Notes: generated by a model not told the origin, from the sequence alone. Counted from the first letter of the stretch, positions 35,143-46,432 are shown. The stretch: DNA of 62,339 bases from Gallionellales bacterium RIFCSPLOWO2_02_FULL_57_47 (GCA_001801175.1 MGWZ01000095.1:1-62339), one strand, 5' to 3'. Numbers and translations are program-made.

Positions 35143-35163
35143 TGTTCACCTAACCCGTCAGCT

Positions 35164-36429
35164 TTACACCAAGCAGCGCTTGTGTTCGATGTGATATTCA
35201 AATTCGGCGCGAAAATGCCTGAGCATGCCCTGCACCGGCCAGACCGCTGCCTCGCCCAATGCGCAAATGGTGCGTCCGGCGATGTTGTCGCCCACGCTCA
35301 ACAGCAAATCCAGGTCTTCCATGCGGCCCTCGCCATGCTCGATGCGATGCACGATGCGATATAACCAGCCGGTTCCCTCGCGGCACGGCGTGCACTGCCC
35401 GCAGGATTCCTCATAATAGAAATAAGACAAACGCTCCAGTGCGCGCACCATGCAGGTCGTCTCATCCATCACGATCACCGCTCCGCTGCCGAGGCCGGAA
35501 CCTGCCTTCTGAATGGAATCGTAGTCCATCGTCAGGCCCATCATGATCTCGGCAGGCAGCACCGGCATCGACGATCCGCCCGGAATCACCGCCTTGAGCG
35601 TGTGCCCGTTGCGCACGCCGCCCGCCATTTTCAGCAGTTCGCTGAAAGGCGTGCCCATCGGCACCTCAAAGTTGCCGGGATTGTTCACATGGCCGGACAC
35701 GGAAAACAGCTTGGTACCGCCGTTGTTGGGCTTGCCCAGCTCCAGGAATTTCTGCCCGCCGTGATTGATGATGTACGGAATGCTGGCAAAGGTTTCGGTG
35801 TTGTTGATCGTGGTCGGCTTGCCGTACAGGCCGAAGGTCGCGGGGAAAGGCGGTTTGTAGCGCGGCTGGCCTTTCTTGCCCTCGATGGATTCCAGCAGGG
35901 CAGTTTCCTCGCCGCAGATATACGCGCCATAGCCCAGGTGGTTATGCAGATCGAAACAGAAATCCGTGCCCAGAATATTGTCGCCCAGATAACCGGCGGC
36001 ACGCGCCAGTTCACAGGCTTCTTCCATGCGCTCATAAGCTTCGAAGATTTCGCCATGCACGTAGTTGTAGCCGGTCTTGACGCCCATCGTATAGGCGGCA
36101 ATCGCCATGCCCTCGATGAGCAGATGCGGGTTGTAGCGCAGGATGTCCCAATCCTTGCAAGTGCCCGGCTCGCCCTCGTCGGTATTGCAGACGATGTACT
36201 TTTCGCCGTTGTAGTTCTTGGGCATGAAACTCCACTTCAGCCCGGTCGGAAAACCCGCGCCGCCGCGCCCGCGCAAAGCCGACAGTTTGACCTCGGCAAT
36301 AATCGCATCGGGCGACATTTTCCCGGTCAGCACCTTGCGCAGCGCCTGGTAACCGCCGACCTTGAGATAGTTTTCCAGTGTCCAGGGCTGGTCAAAATCC
36401 AGCGTGGTAAAAATGACCGGGCCTCTCAT
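35164..36429 (-). CDS. nuoF: NADH-quinone oxidoreductase subunit F
   Basis: [32 protein letters not shown]. Confidence 0.97.
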   Translation of the reverse strand: MRGPVIFTTLDFDQPWTLENYLKVGGYQALRKVLTGKMSPDAIIAEVKLSALRGRGGAGFPTGLKWSFMPKNYNGEKYIVCNTDEGEPGTCKDWDILRYNPHLLIEGMAIAAYTMGVKTGYNYVHGEIFEAYERMEEACELARAAGYLGDNILGTDFCFDLHNHLGYGAYICGEETALLESIEGKKGQPRYKPPFPATFGLYGKPTTINNTETFASIPYIINHGGQKFLELGKPNNGGTKLFSVSGHVNNPGNFEVPMGTPFSELLKMAGGVRNGHTLKAVIPGGSSMPVLPAEIMMGLTMDYDSIQKAGSGLGSGAVIVMDETTCMVRALERLSYFYYEESCGQCTPCREGTGWLYRIVHRIEHGEGRMEDLDLLLSVGDNIAGRTICALGEAAVWPVQGMLRHFRAEFEYHIEHKRCLV

Positions 36430-36905
36430 GATTTGTCCAGTTCCGCCAAAATTTGATCGATCTTATCGTTGCTCAAGCGGCCACAAAGTCTCTTGTTGTT
36501 CACGGTAAACAGCGGCGCATCCTTGCATGCCCCCATACACTCGCCTTCGCGAAGTCCATATTTTCCGTCTGCGGAAACTTCACCAAAGCCGATCCCCAGC
36601 CTGGCTTGCAGATACGCCACGGTATCCCCCGCACCGCACAGCGTGCAGGACAGGTTGGTGCATACGGTGATGGTGTGCTTGCCCATCGGCTTGAGGTTGT
36701 ACATATGGTAGAAGGTCGCTACTTCGTACACCGCCATTTTCGGCATGCCGAGGTAAGCCGCCACATCCGCCATGTCCTCATTGGCGACCCAGCCCTTTTC
36801 GTCCTGCACAAAACGCAGCGCAGCCATCACCGCAGACTGCTTCTGGTCAGCTGGGTACTTCTTCAACTCGCGGTTGATTTTGGCCTGTATTTGCTCGGAT
36901 AACAT
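36426..36905 (-). CDS. nuoE: NADH-quinone oxidoreductase subunit E
   Basis: VATFY, CTNLSC, ECMGAC. Confidence 0.96.
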   Translation of the reverse strand: MLSEQIQAKINRELKKYPADQKQSAVMAALRFVQDEKGWVANEDMADVAAYLGMPKMAVYEVATFYHMYNLKPMGKHTITVCTNLSCTLCGAGDTVAYLQARLGIGFGEVSADGKYGLREGECMGACKDAPLFTVNNKRLCGRLSNDKIDQILAELDKS

Positions 36906-36916
36906 TTATGACACCC

Positions 36917-38170
36917 TCAACGATCAACTTCACCGAAAACAATATCCTGCGTGCCGATGATAGTCACCACGTCGGCAATCATGTGGCCACGCACCATCTC
37001 ATCCAGCGCAGCCAGGTGGGCAAAGCCCGGCGCGCGTATCTTCATGCGATAAGGCTTGTTCGCACCATCGGAAACCAGGTAAATACCGAACTCTCCCTTG
37101 GGATGTTCCACCGCCGCATAGGCCTCGCCGACAGGCACGTGCATCCCTTCGGTGAACAGCTTGAAGTGATGGATCAATTCTTCCATGTTCTGCTTCATCG
37201 CTTCGCGCCTGGGCGGAGCAAACTTGAAATTGTCTGTCATCACCGGACCGGAATTGTTGCGCAGCCAGGCGATGCATTGCTGGATGATACGATTGGACTG
37301 GCGCATTTCTTCGACGCGCACCAGATAGCGGTCATAGGAATCGCCGGTCTTGCCGACCGGAATATCAAAATCCATGCGGTCATAAACTTCGTAGGGCTGT
37401 TTCTTGCGCAAATCCCATTCCACACCGGAGCCGCGCAGCATCGGACCGGTAAAACCCAGCGCCAGGGCGCGCTCCGGCGTGACCACGCCGATACCGACGG
37501 TACGCTGCTTCCAGATGCGGTTGTCGGTCAGCAGCGTTTCATATTCATCCACATTGGCGGGGAAGCGATTGGTGAAATCTTCTAGAAAATCGAGCAATGA
37601 GCCCTGGCGGTTTTCATTGAGCCTTTTTACCGCCGCAGCGTTGTGGATTTTCGATGCCTGGTATTGCGGCATGCTGTCCGGCAGATCGCGGTACACCCCG
37701 CCCGGACGATAGTAGGCCGCATGCAGTCGTGCGCCGGATACCGCCTCATAGGCGTCCATCAAGTCTTCACGCTCGCGGAAACAGTACAGGAACATCGTCA
37801 TCGCGCCGAGATCGATCCCGTGTGCGCCCAGCCATAGCAGGTGGTTCAGGATGCGGGTGATTTCATCGAACATCACGCGGATGTACTGGGCACGCAGCGG
37901 CACCTCGATTCCAGCCAGCTTCTCGATCGCCATCACGTAAGCGTGCTCGTTGCTCATCATCGAAACGTAGTCGAGCCGATCCATGTAGGGCAAATTTTGC
38001 AGGAAGGTCTTGTGCTCGGCCAGTTTCTCGGTGGCACGATGCAGCAGCCCGATATGCGGGTCGGCACGCTCGATAACCTCGCCGTCCAATTCCAGCACCA
38101 AGCGCAACACCCCGTGAGCCGCAGGGTGCTGCGGCCCAAAATTCATTGTGTAGTTCTTTATTTCCGCCAT
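36917..38170 (-). CDS. nuoD: NADH-quinone oxidoreductase subunit D
   Basis: [23 protein letters not shown]; DIVFGEVDR end. Confidence 0.97.
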   Translation of the reverse strand: MAEIKNYTMNFGPQHPAAHGVLRLVLELDGEVIERADPHIGLLHRATEKLAEHKTFLQNLPYMDRLDYVSMMSNEHAYVMAIEKLAGIEVPLRAQYIRVMFDEITRILNHLLWLGAHGIDLGAMTMFLYCFREREDLMDAYEAVSGARLHAAYYRPGGVYRDLPDSMPQYQASKIHNAAAVKRLNENRQGSLLDFLEDFTNRFPANVDEYETLLTDNRIWKQRTVGIGVVTPERALALGFTGPMLRGSGVEWDLRKKQPYEVYDRMDFDIPVGKTGDSYDRYLVRVEEMRQSNRIIQQCIAWLRNNSGPVMTDNFKFAPPRREAMKQNMEELIHHFKLFTEGMHVPVGEAYAAVEHPKGEFGIYLVSDGANKPYRMKIRAPGFAHLAALDEMVRGHMIADVVTIIGTQDIVFGEVDR

Positions 38171-38174
38171 GACT

Positions 38175-38303
38175 TCAGTTCCCCAGCATCCGATACAACG
38201 CGCGTTCACAATGCATTTCAGCGGAGGCTGACTTGCGCAAGCAAGTTAAGCCCGCAGGGCGGCCGTAACTAAAATTCATGGTGTAGTTTTTGATTTCAGC
38301 CAT
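38175..38303 (-). CDS. 42-aa mini-ORF duplicating the NuoD N-terminus
   Basis: [42 protein letters not shown]; GAGGG RBS; first 11 codons encode the same residues as NuoD. Confidence 0.6.
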   Translation of the reverse strand: MAEIKNYTMNFSYGRPAGLTCLRKSASAEMHCERALYRMLGN

Positions 38304-38313
38304 TACCGAGCCC

Positions 38314-38970
38314 TCAGTTGATACCGTAAGTTTCTTCACGCACGATACGAGGCGTCACTTCGCGCGGCTCAATCGATACTGGCTGATACACCACGCGCTG
38401 CTGCGCTGGGTCGTAGCGCATTTCAACGTGGCCGGACAACGGGAAATCCTTGCGGAACGGATTGCCGACAAAACCATAGTCGGTCAGGATGCGGCGCAGA
38501 TCGGGATGTCCGGTGAACACGATGCCGTACAGATCGAACGCCTCGCGCTCGTACCAGTTGGCGCATGGCCAGACACCAGTAACGGACTCAAGAACCGGGA
38601 AATCGTCCTCCCCGGCAAATATCCGCACACGCAAGCGCGCGTTATGCTTCACCGAAAGCAGGTGATAGACGACAGCAAAACGAGCTTTGCGAGTTTCAGT
38701 GGAGACTAACCCGGTTTCATGGGTTACGTCGGAGCTAAACCGTTTGCCTTCCCACGCGCCATCGCCATAAGCGGAATAGTCTACGCCGCACAGGTCGACC
38801 ATTTGCTCGAAACCTGCCGCATCACGCAAACGCGCCAGCGTATCCAGCATAGCGTCTGCCTTGACGACGACAGTCAACTCGCCCAGTCTTTCTTCTACGT
38901 TGACCAGTTTGTCGCCCAGCAAACCCGTCAGATTGGCACGCAAGGTACCCAAATCAGCAGTCATAGTCAT
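38314..38970 (-). CDS. nuoC: NADH-quinone oxidoreductase subunit C with about 20-aa insert
   Basis: [35 protein letters not shown]. Confidence 0.95.
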   Translation of the reverse strand: MTMTADLGTLRANLTGLLGDKLVNVEERLGELTVVVKADAMLDTLARLRDAAGFEQMVDLCGVDYSAYGDGAWEGKRFSSDVTHETGLVSTETRKARFAVVYHLLSVKHNARLRVRIFAGEDDFPVLESVTGVWPCANWYEREAFDLYGIVFTGHPDLRRILTDYGFVGNPFRKDFPLSGHVEMRYDPAQQRVVYQPVSIEPREVTPRIVREETYGIN

Positions 38971-38971
38971 C

Positions 38972-39448
38972 CTAGCGTGCAATGGTGTTGGTTCGTTTGA
39001 TCTTGTTCTGCAGCTGGATGATGCCATACAACAGGGCCTCAGCCGTCGGCGGGCAACCCGGCACGTACACATCAACCGGCACGATGCGATCACAGCCGCG
39101 CACCACCGAATAGGAATAGTGATAGTAGCCGCCGCCGTTCGCGCACGACCCCATGGAAATCACCCAGCGCGGCTCGGCCATCTGGTCGTAAACCTTGCGC
39201 AACGCCGGAGCCATCTTGTTGCACAGCGTGCCCGCGACGATCATCACGTCCGATTGTCGCGGGCTGGGGCGAAACACGATGCCGAAACGATCCAGATCGT
39301 AACGTGCCGCGCCGGCATGCATCATTTCCACCGCACAACAGGCCAGGCCGAAAGTCATCGGCCACAATGATCCGGTGCGGGTGTAATTGATGATGGTATC
39401 AAGCGTCGTGGTGACAACGCCCTTTTCCAGGATGCCTTCTATTCCCAT
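38972..39448 (-). CDS. nuoB: NADH-quinone oxidoreductase subunit B
   Basis: [15 protein letters not shown]. Confidence 0.97.
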   Translation of the reverse strand: MGIEGILEKGVVTTTLDTIINYTRTGSLWPMTFGLACCAVEMMHAGAARYDLDRFGIVFRPSPRQSDVMIVAGTLCNKMAPALRKVYDQMAEPRWVISMGSCANGGGYYHYSYSVVRGCDRIVPVDVYVPGCPPTAEALLYGIIQLQNKIKRTNTIAR

Positions 39449-39795
39449 TCCAGGGCTCCTTTCATCCATTCGTAGATAAAGCCAACCACGAGGATAGCCA
39501 GAAAGATCATCATGGAAACAAAACCGAACGTGCCGATTTCCTTGAGCACGACCGCCCAGGGAAACAGAAAGGCTATTTCAAGATCGAAGAGGATGAACAG
39601 GATCGCAACGAGATAGTAACGCACGTCGAATTTCATGCGCGCGTCTTCAAATGCCTCAAAGCCGCATTCATAGGGAGAGAGTTTTCTGCTGTCGGGGCGA
39701 TTGGGCGATACCAACTTGCCCAGCACTACAGGAGCCACGCCCATCGCGATGCCGATAAAGATGAACAGCAGCACCGGAAAATAATTTTCCAACAT
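39439..39795 (-). CDS. nuoA: NADH-quinone oxidoreductase subunit A
   Basis: PYECGF, FDLE, KGALEWE. Confidence 0.97.
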   Translation of the reverse strand: MLENYFPVLLFIFIGIAMGVAPVVLGKLVSPNRPDSRKLSPYECGFEAFEDARMKFDVRYYLVAILFILFDLEIAFLFPWAVVLKEIGTFGFVSMMIFLAILVVGFIYEWMKGALEWE

Positions 39796-39900
39796 TGAGT
39801 TTTCCCCCTGGGTTTGTTGTGATTCGCTGGTTTGCCCGGAATCACTTTTTAATTATTCGTTTGTGCCGGCAATCTTTTGTGCCGGCTTACATTTACATTC

Positions 39901-39987
<87 letters not shown>

Positions 39988-40002
39988 CAAGTTACTGCAA
40001 TA

Positions 40003-40347
40003 TTATTTTGGAATCTCCCTGGACTTCGAGTCGTCGGCAGGGATAGCCGCAGGCGCGTCCGGAGCTGCCTGAGTGGCGACTGGCTTCACTTTATCCATCA
40101 CCCCTTGCTGCTGCACAGGGTGCGCATTAAAGTAAGTCAACGACAAACTGGTAATAAAAAACAGCGTCGCAGCGACTGCCGTGCTGCGGCTGAGAAAATT
40201 CGCGGAACCACTGGAGCCAAACAGACTTCCTGCCGAACCCGTGCCAAATGCCGCTCCCATGTCGGCACCCTTGCCATGCTGCATCAACACCAGACCGATC
40301 AGCACTACAGCCGTCAAAACGTGCACTACCCAAACCAATGTTTCCAC
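40003..40347 (-). CDS. secG: Preprotein translocase subunit SecG
   Basis: VLMQHGKGADMGAAFG, ANFLSR. Confidence 0.95.
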   Translation of the reverse strand: METLVWVVHVLTAVVLIGLVLMQHGKGADMGAAFGTGSAGSLFGSSGSANFLSRSTAVAATLFFITSLSLTYFNAHPVQQQGVMDKVKPVATQAAPDAPAAIPADDSKSREIPK

Positions 40348-40421
40348 ACACTACTCCTCAAACACTACGCCCCGCACATTACTGCAAAGACAAAATCAAA
40401 ACTTGCCAAAACGAGGGCAAA

Positions 40422-41180
40422 TCAAACTTGACCGGCGCGACAAATCGCCAGAAACTCATCAGCCACCAGGGAAGCCCCGCCGATTAACCCGCCATCAATA
40501 TCCGGCATCGCAAATAACTCTGCCGCATTACTCGCCTTCACGCTGCCGCCATAGAGTATACACAATCCCGATGCGATTTGACTATCATGAGATGCGACAC
40601 GCTGACGAATAAATGCGTGAACTGCCTGCGCCTGTGCGGAGCTTGCGGTTTTGCCGGTGCCAATTGCCCACACCGGCTCGTAAGCCACCACCGCATTTCG
40701 CAAAGCTCCCACCCCGCCCAACCGAGTCAGCGCATCCAGTTGCTCTGCAACCACAGCCTCGGTAGTTCCGTTTTCACGCTGCTCCAGCGATTCACCCACA
40801 CACAGGATGGGTGTAATACCCGCATGCTGCGCAGCCAGAAATTTCTCGGCCACCAGGTGACTGCTCTCGCCATAGTAAGCGCGCCGCTCTGAATGCCCGA
40901 CAATCACATAGCCGCAACCGAAGTCGTGCAACATCGCAGCAGACACCTCGCCGGTATAAGCCCCCTCATCCGACTGATGCACGTCCTGCGCGCCCCACTT
41001 CACTGCGCTGCCGGACAGCTTTTGCTGCGCCTGGTGCAAATAAGGGAATGGCACGCAAACCACGCAATCCACATGCGGGATCTGGTTCATCCCGCTACGC
41101 ACGGCATCCAGCAACACGGCATTCTGAGCCAGCGAACCGTGCATCTTCCAATTTCCGGCAACCAATTTTTTGCGACGCAT
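40422..41180 (-). CDS. tpiA: Triosephosphate isomerase
   Basis: AGNWK, GHSERR, AYEPVWAIGTG, YGGSV. Confidence 0.97.
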   Translation of the reverse strand: MRRKKLVAGNWKMHGSLAQNAVLLDAVRSGMNQIPHVDCVVCVPFPYLHQAQQKLSGSAVKWGAQDVHQSDEGAYTGEVSAAMLHDFGCGYVIVGHSERRAYYGESSHLVAEKFLAAQHAGITPILCVGESLEQRENGTTEAVVAEQLDALTRLGGVGALRNAVVAYEPVWAIGTGKTASSAQAQAVHAFIRQRVASHDSQIASGLCILYGGSVKASNAAELFAMPDIDGGLIGGASLVADEFLAICRAGQV

Positions 41181-41279
41181 CGTAATCAATCCGCTGAGCA
41201 ATACAGCGCGCAATCCTACATGCGATCACGCTAACGGTCAATGAAGTAAACTCAGGGGGAAACTTTCCGGCAAGAAGTT

Positions 41280-41660
41280 CTATGCAGCCTGCACGGCAAT
41301 CCGGTCGCGCTGGGCGATGATGCGGTTGTGCTCGTCCACATAGACGAGTTGCGGATGGTATTTTTGCAGCTCCAACTCGGTATACATGGCATAGGCGGCG
41401 ATGATGAGAATATCGCCCGGGTTGGCCTTGTGTGCCGCCGCGCCATTCACGGAAATCACACCGGAACCGCGTTGCGCGCGGATAGCATAGGTAGTGAAAC
41501 GCTCGCCATTGGTGACATTGTAAATATCGATCTGCTGATACTCCTTAATGTCGGCGGCATCCAGCAAATCGTCGTCGATCGCGCATGAACCTTCGTAATG
41601 CAACTCGGAGTGCGTGACGTGCACCCGGTGCAACTTGGCTTTAAGCATGATTCTTTGCAT
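41280..41660 (-). CDS. panD: Aspartate 1-decarboxylase
   Basis: KLHR, YEGS cleavage site, NGAAA. Confidence 0.96.
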   Translation of the reverse strand: MQRIMLKAKLHRVHVTHSELHYEGSCAIDDDLLDAADIKEYQQIDIYNVTNGERFTTYAIRAQRGSGVISVNGAAAHKANPGDILIIAAYAMYTELELQKYHPQLVYVDEHNRIIAQRDRIAVQAA

Positions 41661-41701
41661 GTGAAACTTTCCTTTCAAACAATGCGCAAATTATATAGCA
41701 C

Positions 41702-42550
41702 TCACGCAGCAAGATAAACTTCAACATTATCCAGCAGGCGGGTATTGCCCAATTTCGCCGCTGCCAGTATCACCAGCTCATGCTGTGCCAGATTGCCTTG
41801 CACGGGGTCTGCCGGCTGCAAATCAGACTGTTTGCGCACAGCCACGTAATCCACTGACCAGCCCCTTGACCGTAACGCTTCGACTGACTGTTTCTCCAAA
41901 CGTTCAAAATCGCGCCCGCCTCGCAGGATGGCCCGCTGCGCCTCTTGCAGTGTTTGATACAGAAAAACCGCCTTGCCGCGTTCTTCCGCACTGAGGTACT
42001 GGTTGCGGGAACTCAGCGCCAGGCCGTCCGCCGCACGCACCGTCTCCCCGCCGACAACGCGCACCGGCAAATTCATTTGCATAACCATCTGGCGAATGAT
42101 GTGCAGTTGCTGGTAATCCTTCTTGCCAAACAGCGCGACCTGCGGCTGCACGATATTGAGCAGCTTCAGCACCACCGTCGCCATGCCGCGAAAATGGCCG
42201 GGGCGCGCCGCGCCGCACAGTTCGTCGGCAATAGGCGGCGGCTCGACGAACACGGTCTGTTGCACCGGATACATTTCACTGACCGCGGGCGCGAACACCA
42301 CATCCGCCAGGCTTTGCAGCCTGGCGCAATCCGCCTCCAGCGTGCGCGGATACTTGTCGAAATCCTCGGACGGCCCGAATTGCAGCGGATTCACAAAGAG
42401 GCTCGCCACCACGCAACTGCCGTGCTCGCGGGCAAGGCGCATCAGGTTGAGATGCCCCTCGTGCAGATTGCCCATGGTCGGGACGAAGGCGATGGCACGT
42501 TCGCCGGAAAGACGTTCGCGCAGTTCAGCAATGGTCGAAATGTTTTGCAT
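41702..42550 (-). CDS. panC: Pantoate-beta-alanine ligase
   Basis: PTMGNLHEGH, FGKKDYQQ, LSSRN. Confidence 0.97.
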   Translation of the reverse strand: MQNISTIAELRERLSGERAIAFVPTMGNLHEGHLNLMRLAREHGSCVVASLFVNPLQFGPSEDFDKYPRTLEADCARLQSLADVVFAPAVSEMYPVQQTVFVEPPPIADELCGAARPGHFRGMATVVLKLLNIVQPQVALFGKKDYQQLHIIRQMVMQMNLPVRVVGGETVRAADGLALSSRNQYLSAEERGKAVFLYQTLQEAQRAILRGGRDFERLEKQSVEALRSRGWSVDYVAVRKQSDLQPADPVQGNLAQHELVILAAAKLGNTRLLDNVEVYLAA

Positions 42551-42568
42551 GAATCGTTGCCCAAAAAA

Positions 42569-42739
42569 TTACCAGTGACAATCGGGCCGGCATTTGAGAA
42601 TTCGGACTGCGTCCTCAGCCGCGCAACCGGATATGCCAAGCGCCACAACGCCCTCTTGCTCCAGGCGAGCCAGTTCGTTTTGAAAAGCATGGATTCTGTC
42701 TGCACGCTGCTGCGCTTCATGTCGTGAAGGAATATTCAT
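42569..42739 (-). pseudogene. Truncated 56-aa remnant resembling the N-terminus of DUF2157-type membrane proteins
   Basis: MNIPSRHEAQQRADRIHAFQNELARLEQEGVVAL then divergent tail; GGAG RBS; family assignment from memory only. Confidence 0.35.
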
Positions 42740-42789
42740 TCATGACTCCAAAGAGTTCAGAGATACCCTGCTGTAGCCAGCACATCGAA

Positions 42790-43587
42790 TCAGGAGTAAC
42801 CGTGTTCCGCTGCCGGGAAGCTGCCGCTCTTGACTTCCGCCACATAGCGGCTCACCGCATCAGCGATGGAAACTGCGCCCTGCATGTAGTTCTTTACGAA
42901 GCTCGCTTTTTTGCCCGGATAGATATCCAGCATGTCGTGCAGCACCAGCACTTGGCCGGAACAGGCCGCTCCCGCGCCGATGCCGACCGTGGGAATGGAA
43001 AGTGCAGCGGTAATCTCCGCGGCCAGCAGCGCGGGCATGGCTTCCAGCACCAGCATTCCCGCGCCCGCCTGTTCAAGGCCTGCCGCGTCCTCCAGTAATT
43101 GGCGCGCCTCGGCTGGTTTCTTGCCCTGCACACGATAGCCGCCCAGCTGATGCACCGATTGCGGGGTCAAGCCGATATGCCCGCACACCGGAATGCCGCG
43201 CCCGGTAAGAAAATTCACCGTTTCTTCCATCGCCGCGCCGCCTTCCAGTTTGACCATCTGCGCGCCCGCAGCCATCAGCCTCGCCGCATGGACAAATGCC
43301 TCCTGCGGGCTGGCCTGATACGTGCCGAACGGCATGTCGGCGACAATGAAAGCCTGCCTGGACCCGCGCGCCACGCAGGCAGTGTGATAGACCATTTCGT
43401 CAAGAGAAACCGGCAGGGTTGTTTCGTGCCCCTGCAGTACCGTGCCGAGTGAATCGCCCACCAGCAGCACATCCACGCCCTGTGCTTCGAGCAGCGCGGC
43501 GAAGCTGGCGTCATAACAGGTCAAGACGGCGATTTTTTCATCCTGGACGCGCATGGTCTGTAATTTGATCAATGTAGTTCGCATCAT
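42790..43587 (-). CDS. panB: Ketopantoate hydroxymethyltransferase
   Basis: [26 protein letters not shown]. Confidence 0.97.
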   Translation of the reverse strand: MMRTTLIKLQTMRVQDEKIAVLTCYDASFAALLEAQGVDVLLVGDSLGTVLQGHETTLPVSLDEMVYHTACVARGSRQAFIVADMPFGTYQASPQEAFVHAARLMAAGAQMVKLEGGAAMEETVNFLTGRGIPVCGHIGLTPQSVHQLGGYRVQGKKPAEARQLLEDAAGLEQAGAGMLVLEAMPALLAAEITAALSIPTVGIGAGAACSGQVLVLHDMLDIYPGKKASFVKNYMQGAVSIADAVSRYVAEVKSGSFPAAEHGYS

Positions 43588-43604
43588 TCTAAATTCCTCA
43601 TTTG

Positions 43605-43778
43605 AACCAAGAAGAACACGAAGTGCACGAAGAAAAATAACGTGTCACTCCAAAAATTGGAGTCACCTTAATGGTGGACTCTCAACATCATGCAACCCCA
43701 TGAATCGGGGTTGGCTGGGATATCGTCCAGTGGACGATAACTCGCAAAAATCTTTGTGATCTCTGTGTCTTTGTGGTG
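43605..43778. repeat. Inverted pair of 9-nt-period CAC(G/A)(A/G)AG repeats between dnk and panB
   Basis: aaccaagaagaacacgaagtgcacgaag (43605-43632) versus ctttgtgatctctgtgtctttgtggtg (43752-43778). Confidence 0.55.
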
Positions 43779-43795
43779 AATCGCTTTTTTCGGAA

Positions 43796-44437
43796 TCAAT
43801 CCCCCCGGCTGAAAAATTCGCGCGGCCCGCGCATTTCCTCGATGCGCTGCAACAGCAACGAAAAATCTTCATCTCCATCCTCAAAGTTCAGGCGCTCGGT
43901 ATTCACCATCAACACCGGAGCCGCATCATAATGATAAAAGAAATCGCTGTAACCCTGTGCCACACGAAACAAATAGGCGTCCGAAATGGTCTGCTCATAA
44001 GGCTGGTTGCGCTGGCGCACACGCCCCACCAGTGTTTCCGGCGCAGCCTGCAGATAAATCACCAGGTCCGGCACCGGGGCCTGCAATTGCAGGGAGTGAT
44101 ATATCTGCTGATAGAGGGCAAATTCTTCGTCGCTCAGGTTAAGCCGCGCAAAAAGCATGTCCTTGTCGAACAGGTAATCCGCCACGGTGTTCAGGCGAAA
44201 CAAATCCATCTGCGCCATATCTCGCACTTCGTTGCCGCGCTGGAACAAAAAGAACAACTGCGTCGCCAGCGCATAGCGCGGCGGGTCCTGATAGAACTTG
44301 GCAAGGAAGGGATTTTCCTCCGGCTTCTCCAACAGCGTCGCAGCGGCAATATGCTGCGCGAGCCGGCGCGCCAGACTGGTCTTGCCAACGCCCACCGGGC
44401 CTTCCACGACAACATAACGGCACTTGTCAAACAACAT
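43796..44437 (-). CDS. Deoxynucleoside kinase family protein
   Basis: EGPVGVGKTS P-loop, NPFL..FY, PDLVIYL; conserved folK-dnk-panB context. Confidence 0.9.
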   Translation of the reverse strand: MLFDKCRYVVVEGPVGVGKTSLARRLAQHIAAATLLEKPEENPFLAKFYQDPPRYALATQLFFLFQRGNEVRDMAQMDLFRLNTVADYLFDKDMLFARLNLSDEEFALYQQIYHSLQLQAPVPDLVIYLQAAPETLVGRVRQRNQPYEQTISDAYLFRVAQGYSDFFYHYDAAPVLMVNTERLNFEDGDEDFSLLLQRIEEMRGPREFFSRGD

Positions 44438-44921
44438 CTGCGAGCTTCTCCAATACCGGGCCATGACACGCCTGCAACGCCCTCTGTGCCAGTCCCAAAG
44501 CGGGGATATTGCAGTCCGGCTCAATCTCCAGCAAGGGTTGCAGAACAAAAGTGCGCAAATGCATCTGCGGATGCGGAATGGTCAAACCGTGTTCATGCAG
44601 TTGCACATCGTCGTACAGCAACACGTCCAGATCAAGGGTGCGCGGTGCATTGCGAAAGCTGCGCTCGCGGCCATGCCGGTGTTCGATTCCCAGCAGCGCC
44701 TGCAGCAAAACTTCCGGGGTCAGCGTCGTCCCGATTTTCGCGACTGCATTGGCGAATTCCGGCTGGTCAGTGTAGCCCACCGGTGCGCTGCGATACAGCG
44801 ATGAGCGAGCGATGAGGCGCGTTTCCGGCAACTCGCCGATCTCGGCAAAGGCGCGAAGCAATTGGCTGCGCGGGTTTTCCAGATTGCTGCCGAGCCCGAT
44901 GAAGGCGATATGTCCCGTCAC
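44427..44921 (-). CDS. folK: HPPK
   Basis: IGLGSNL, PRTLDLD, IPHP. Confidence 0.96.
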   Translation of the reverse strand: MTGHIAFIGLGSNLENPRSQLLRAFAEIGELPETRLIARSSLYRSAPVGYTDQPEFANAVAKIGTTLTPEVLLQALLGIEHRHGRERSFRNAPRTLDLDVLLYDDVQLHEHGLTIPHPQMHLRTFVLQPLLEIEPDCNIPALGLAQRALQACHGPVLEKLADVV

Positions 44922-46282
44922 TCCGCCGTCTCACTCACTGATGCCTCAGTCGCTCCTGCTGTTTCCGGTTTCTTGCGCGGTTTGCGTTTGCGGCGTTTTT
45001 TGTCGCCGGCCCCTTCCGGTTGCAGCATTTCCGCACGCCGTTCGGCGCTGGCATCCTGGAATTCGTCCCACCACAACCCGAGCTCGTCATCAACCTCACC
45101 GCTGGCGCAGCGCAGCAGCAGAAAGTCGAATGCGGCGCGGAAACGCGGCTGTTCCAGCAAGCGGAACGGACGCTGCCCGGCGCGCTGTTCAAAGCGTTGC
45201 TGCAACAACCAGATTTCTTTCATCACCGCATCGTGGCGGTGCGGAATGGCAAGCTGCGCCTTCTGTTTGCCGAGCACTTCATCCATCGCCGTGTGCATCG
45301 CGCCCACCGGACGCTCGCCCTGCTGCACCAGCAGATTCCATGCAGCCAGCACTTCGTGCCACAACAAAGCGGCAAACAGGAACGCCGGCGAAACCGTCTT
45401 TTCCTGGCTGAGCCGCTCATCTGTATTGCGCAGCGCCAGCATGACGAATTTCTCGCCAATCGGCTGTTCCAGAATCACATCCAGCAGCGGCAGCAAGCCG
45501 TGATGCAGATTCATCTTGCGCAGCTGCTGGATGCACTCCACCGAATGGCCGGACAGCAGCATTTTCAGCACCTCATCGAGCAAACGCGCCTGCGGCACGT
45601 TGTCGAGCAAGTCTTTCATCCTGGCAATCGGCGCCGCGGTTGCCGGATCGATCTGCATGCCCAATTTTGCGGACAGACGCACCGCGCGCAACATGCGCAC
45701 CGGATCTTCGCGGTAACGCACTTCGGGGTCGCCGATCATGCGCAGCAGGCGGTTGCTCGTATCGGCATAACCGCCGTGATAGTCGACTATCTCCTGTGTG
45801 GCCGGATCGTAGAACAGCGCGTTGGCAGTGAAATCGCGGCGCGCCGCATCCTGCTCCTGGTCGCCGAACTGGTTGTCGCGCAACAGGCGGCCATGCTCGT
45901 CGGTCTGCGCATCCTCGGCCTCAATCAAGCTCCGGAAGGTGGAAACCTCGACCACCTCCTCGCCGAACATCGCATGCACCAGCTGGAACCGCCGCCCGAT
46001 GATGCGCGAACGGCGAAACACGCGGCGCACCTCCTCTGGCGTGGCATCGGTCGCAATGTCGAAATCCTTCGGGGTGCACTCCAGCAGCAAATCGCGCACC
46101 GCCCCCCCCACGACATAGGCCTGGTAGCCTTTGGCCTGCAAGCCGTCGGTCACTTTCTTCGCGCCATAGCTGATCTGCTCGCGCGCCACACCATGCAAAT
46201 CAAATGGTATTACCTGGGCATTTCCAACCGTCCGGGTTTTGGCAGACTTGCGAAATACGCGCTTGAGAAATTTTCTAATCAT
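44918..46282 (-). CDS. pcnB: Poly(A) polymerase I
   Basis: VGGAVRD..PKDFDIAT, IIGRRF, RRDFT.NA, EDPVRMLR. Confidence 0.95.
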   Translation of the reverse strand: MIRKFLKRVFRKSAKTRTVGNAQVIPFDLHGVAREQISYGAKKVTDGLQAKGYQAYVVGGAVRDLLLECTPKDFDIATDATPEEVRRVFRRSRIIGRRFQLVHAMFGEEVVEVSTFRSLIEAEDAQTDEHGRLLRDNQFGDQEQDAARRDFTANALFYDPATQEIVDYHGGYADTSNRLLRMIGDPEVRYREDPVRMLRAVRLSAKLGMQIDPATAAPIARMKDLLDNVPQARLLDEVLKMLLSGHSVECIQQLRKMNLHHGLLPLLDVILEQPIGEKFVMLALRNTDERLSQEKTVSPAFLFAALLWHEVLAAWNLLVQQGERPVGAMHTAMDEVLGKQKAQLAIPHRHDAVMKEIWLLQQRFEQRAGQRPFRLLEQPRFRAAFDFLLLRCASGEVDDELGLWWDEFQDASAERRAEMLQPEGAGDKKRRKRKPRKKPETAGATEASVSETAE

Positions 46283-46349
46283 GCAATCTTTACAAAAATT
46301 GAGCGCGACACAGCCGCGCGTAGGAGCGTGGATTATACAGCCCCAAAGA

Positions 46350-46376
46350 AAAGCGCGCCTTAAGGCGCGCTTTTTG
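46350..46376. terminator. Intrinsic terminator downstream of the TA operon
   Basis: AAAAGCGCGCC-ttaa-GGCGCGCTTTTT. Confidence 0.75.
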
Positions 46377-46432
46377 GAAAATATCTTACTGGCAAAATAA
46401 CTTTGTGCCTGTCACTTCAAATCCTACGCACA

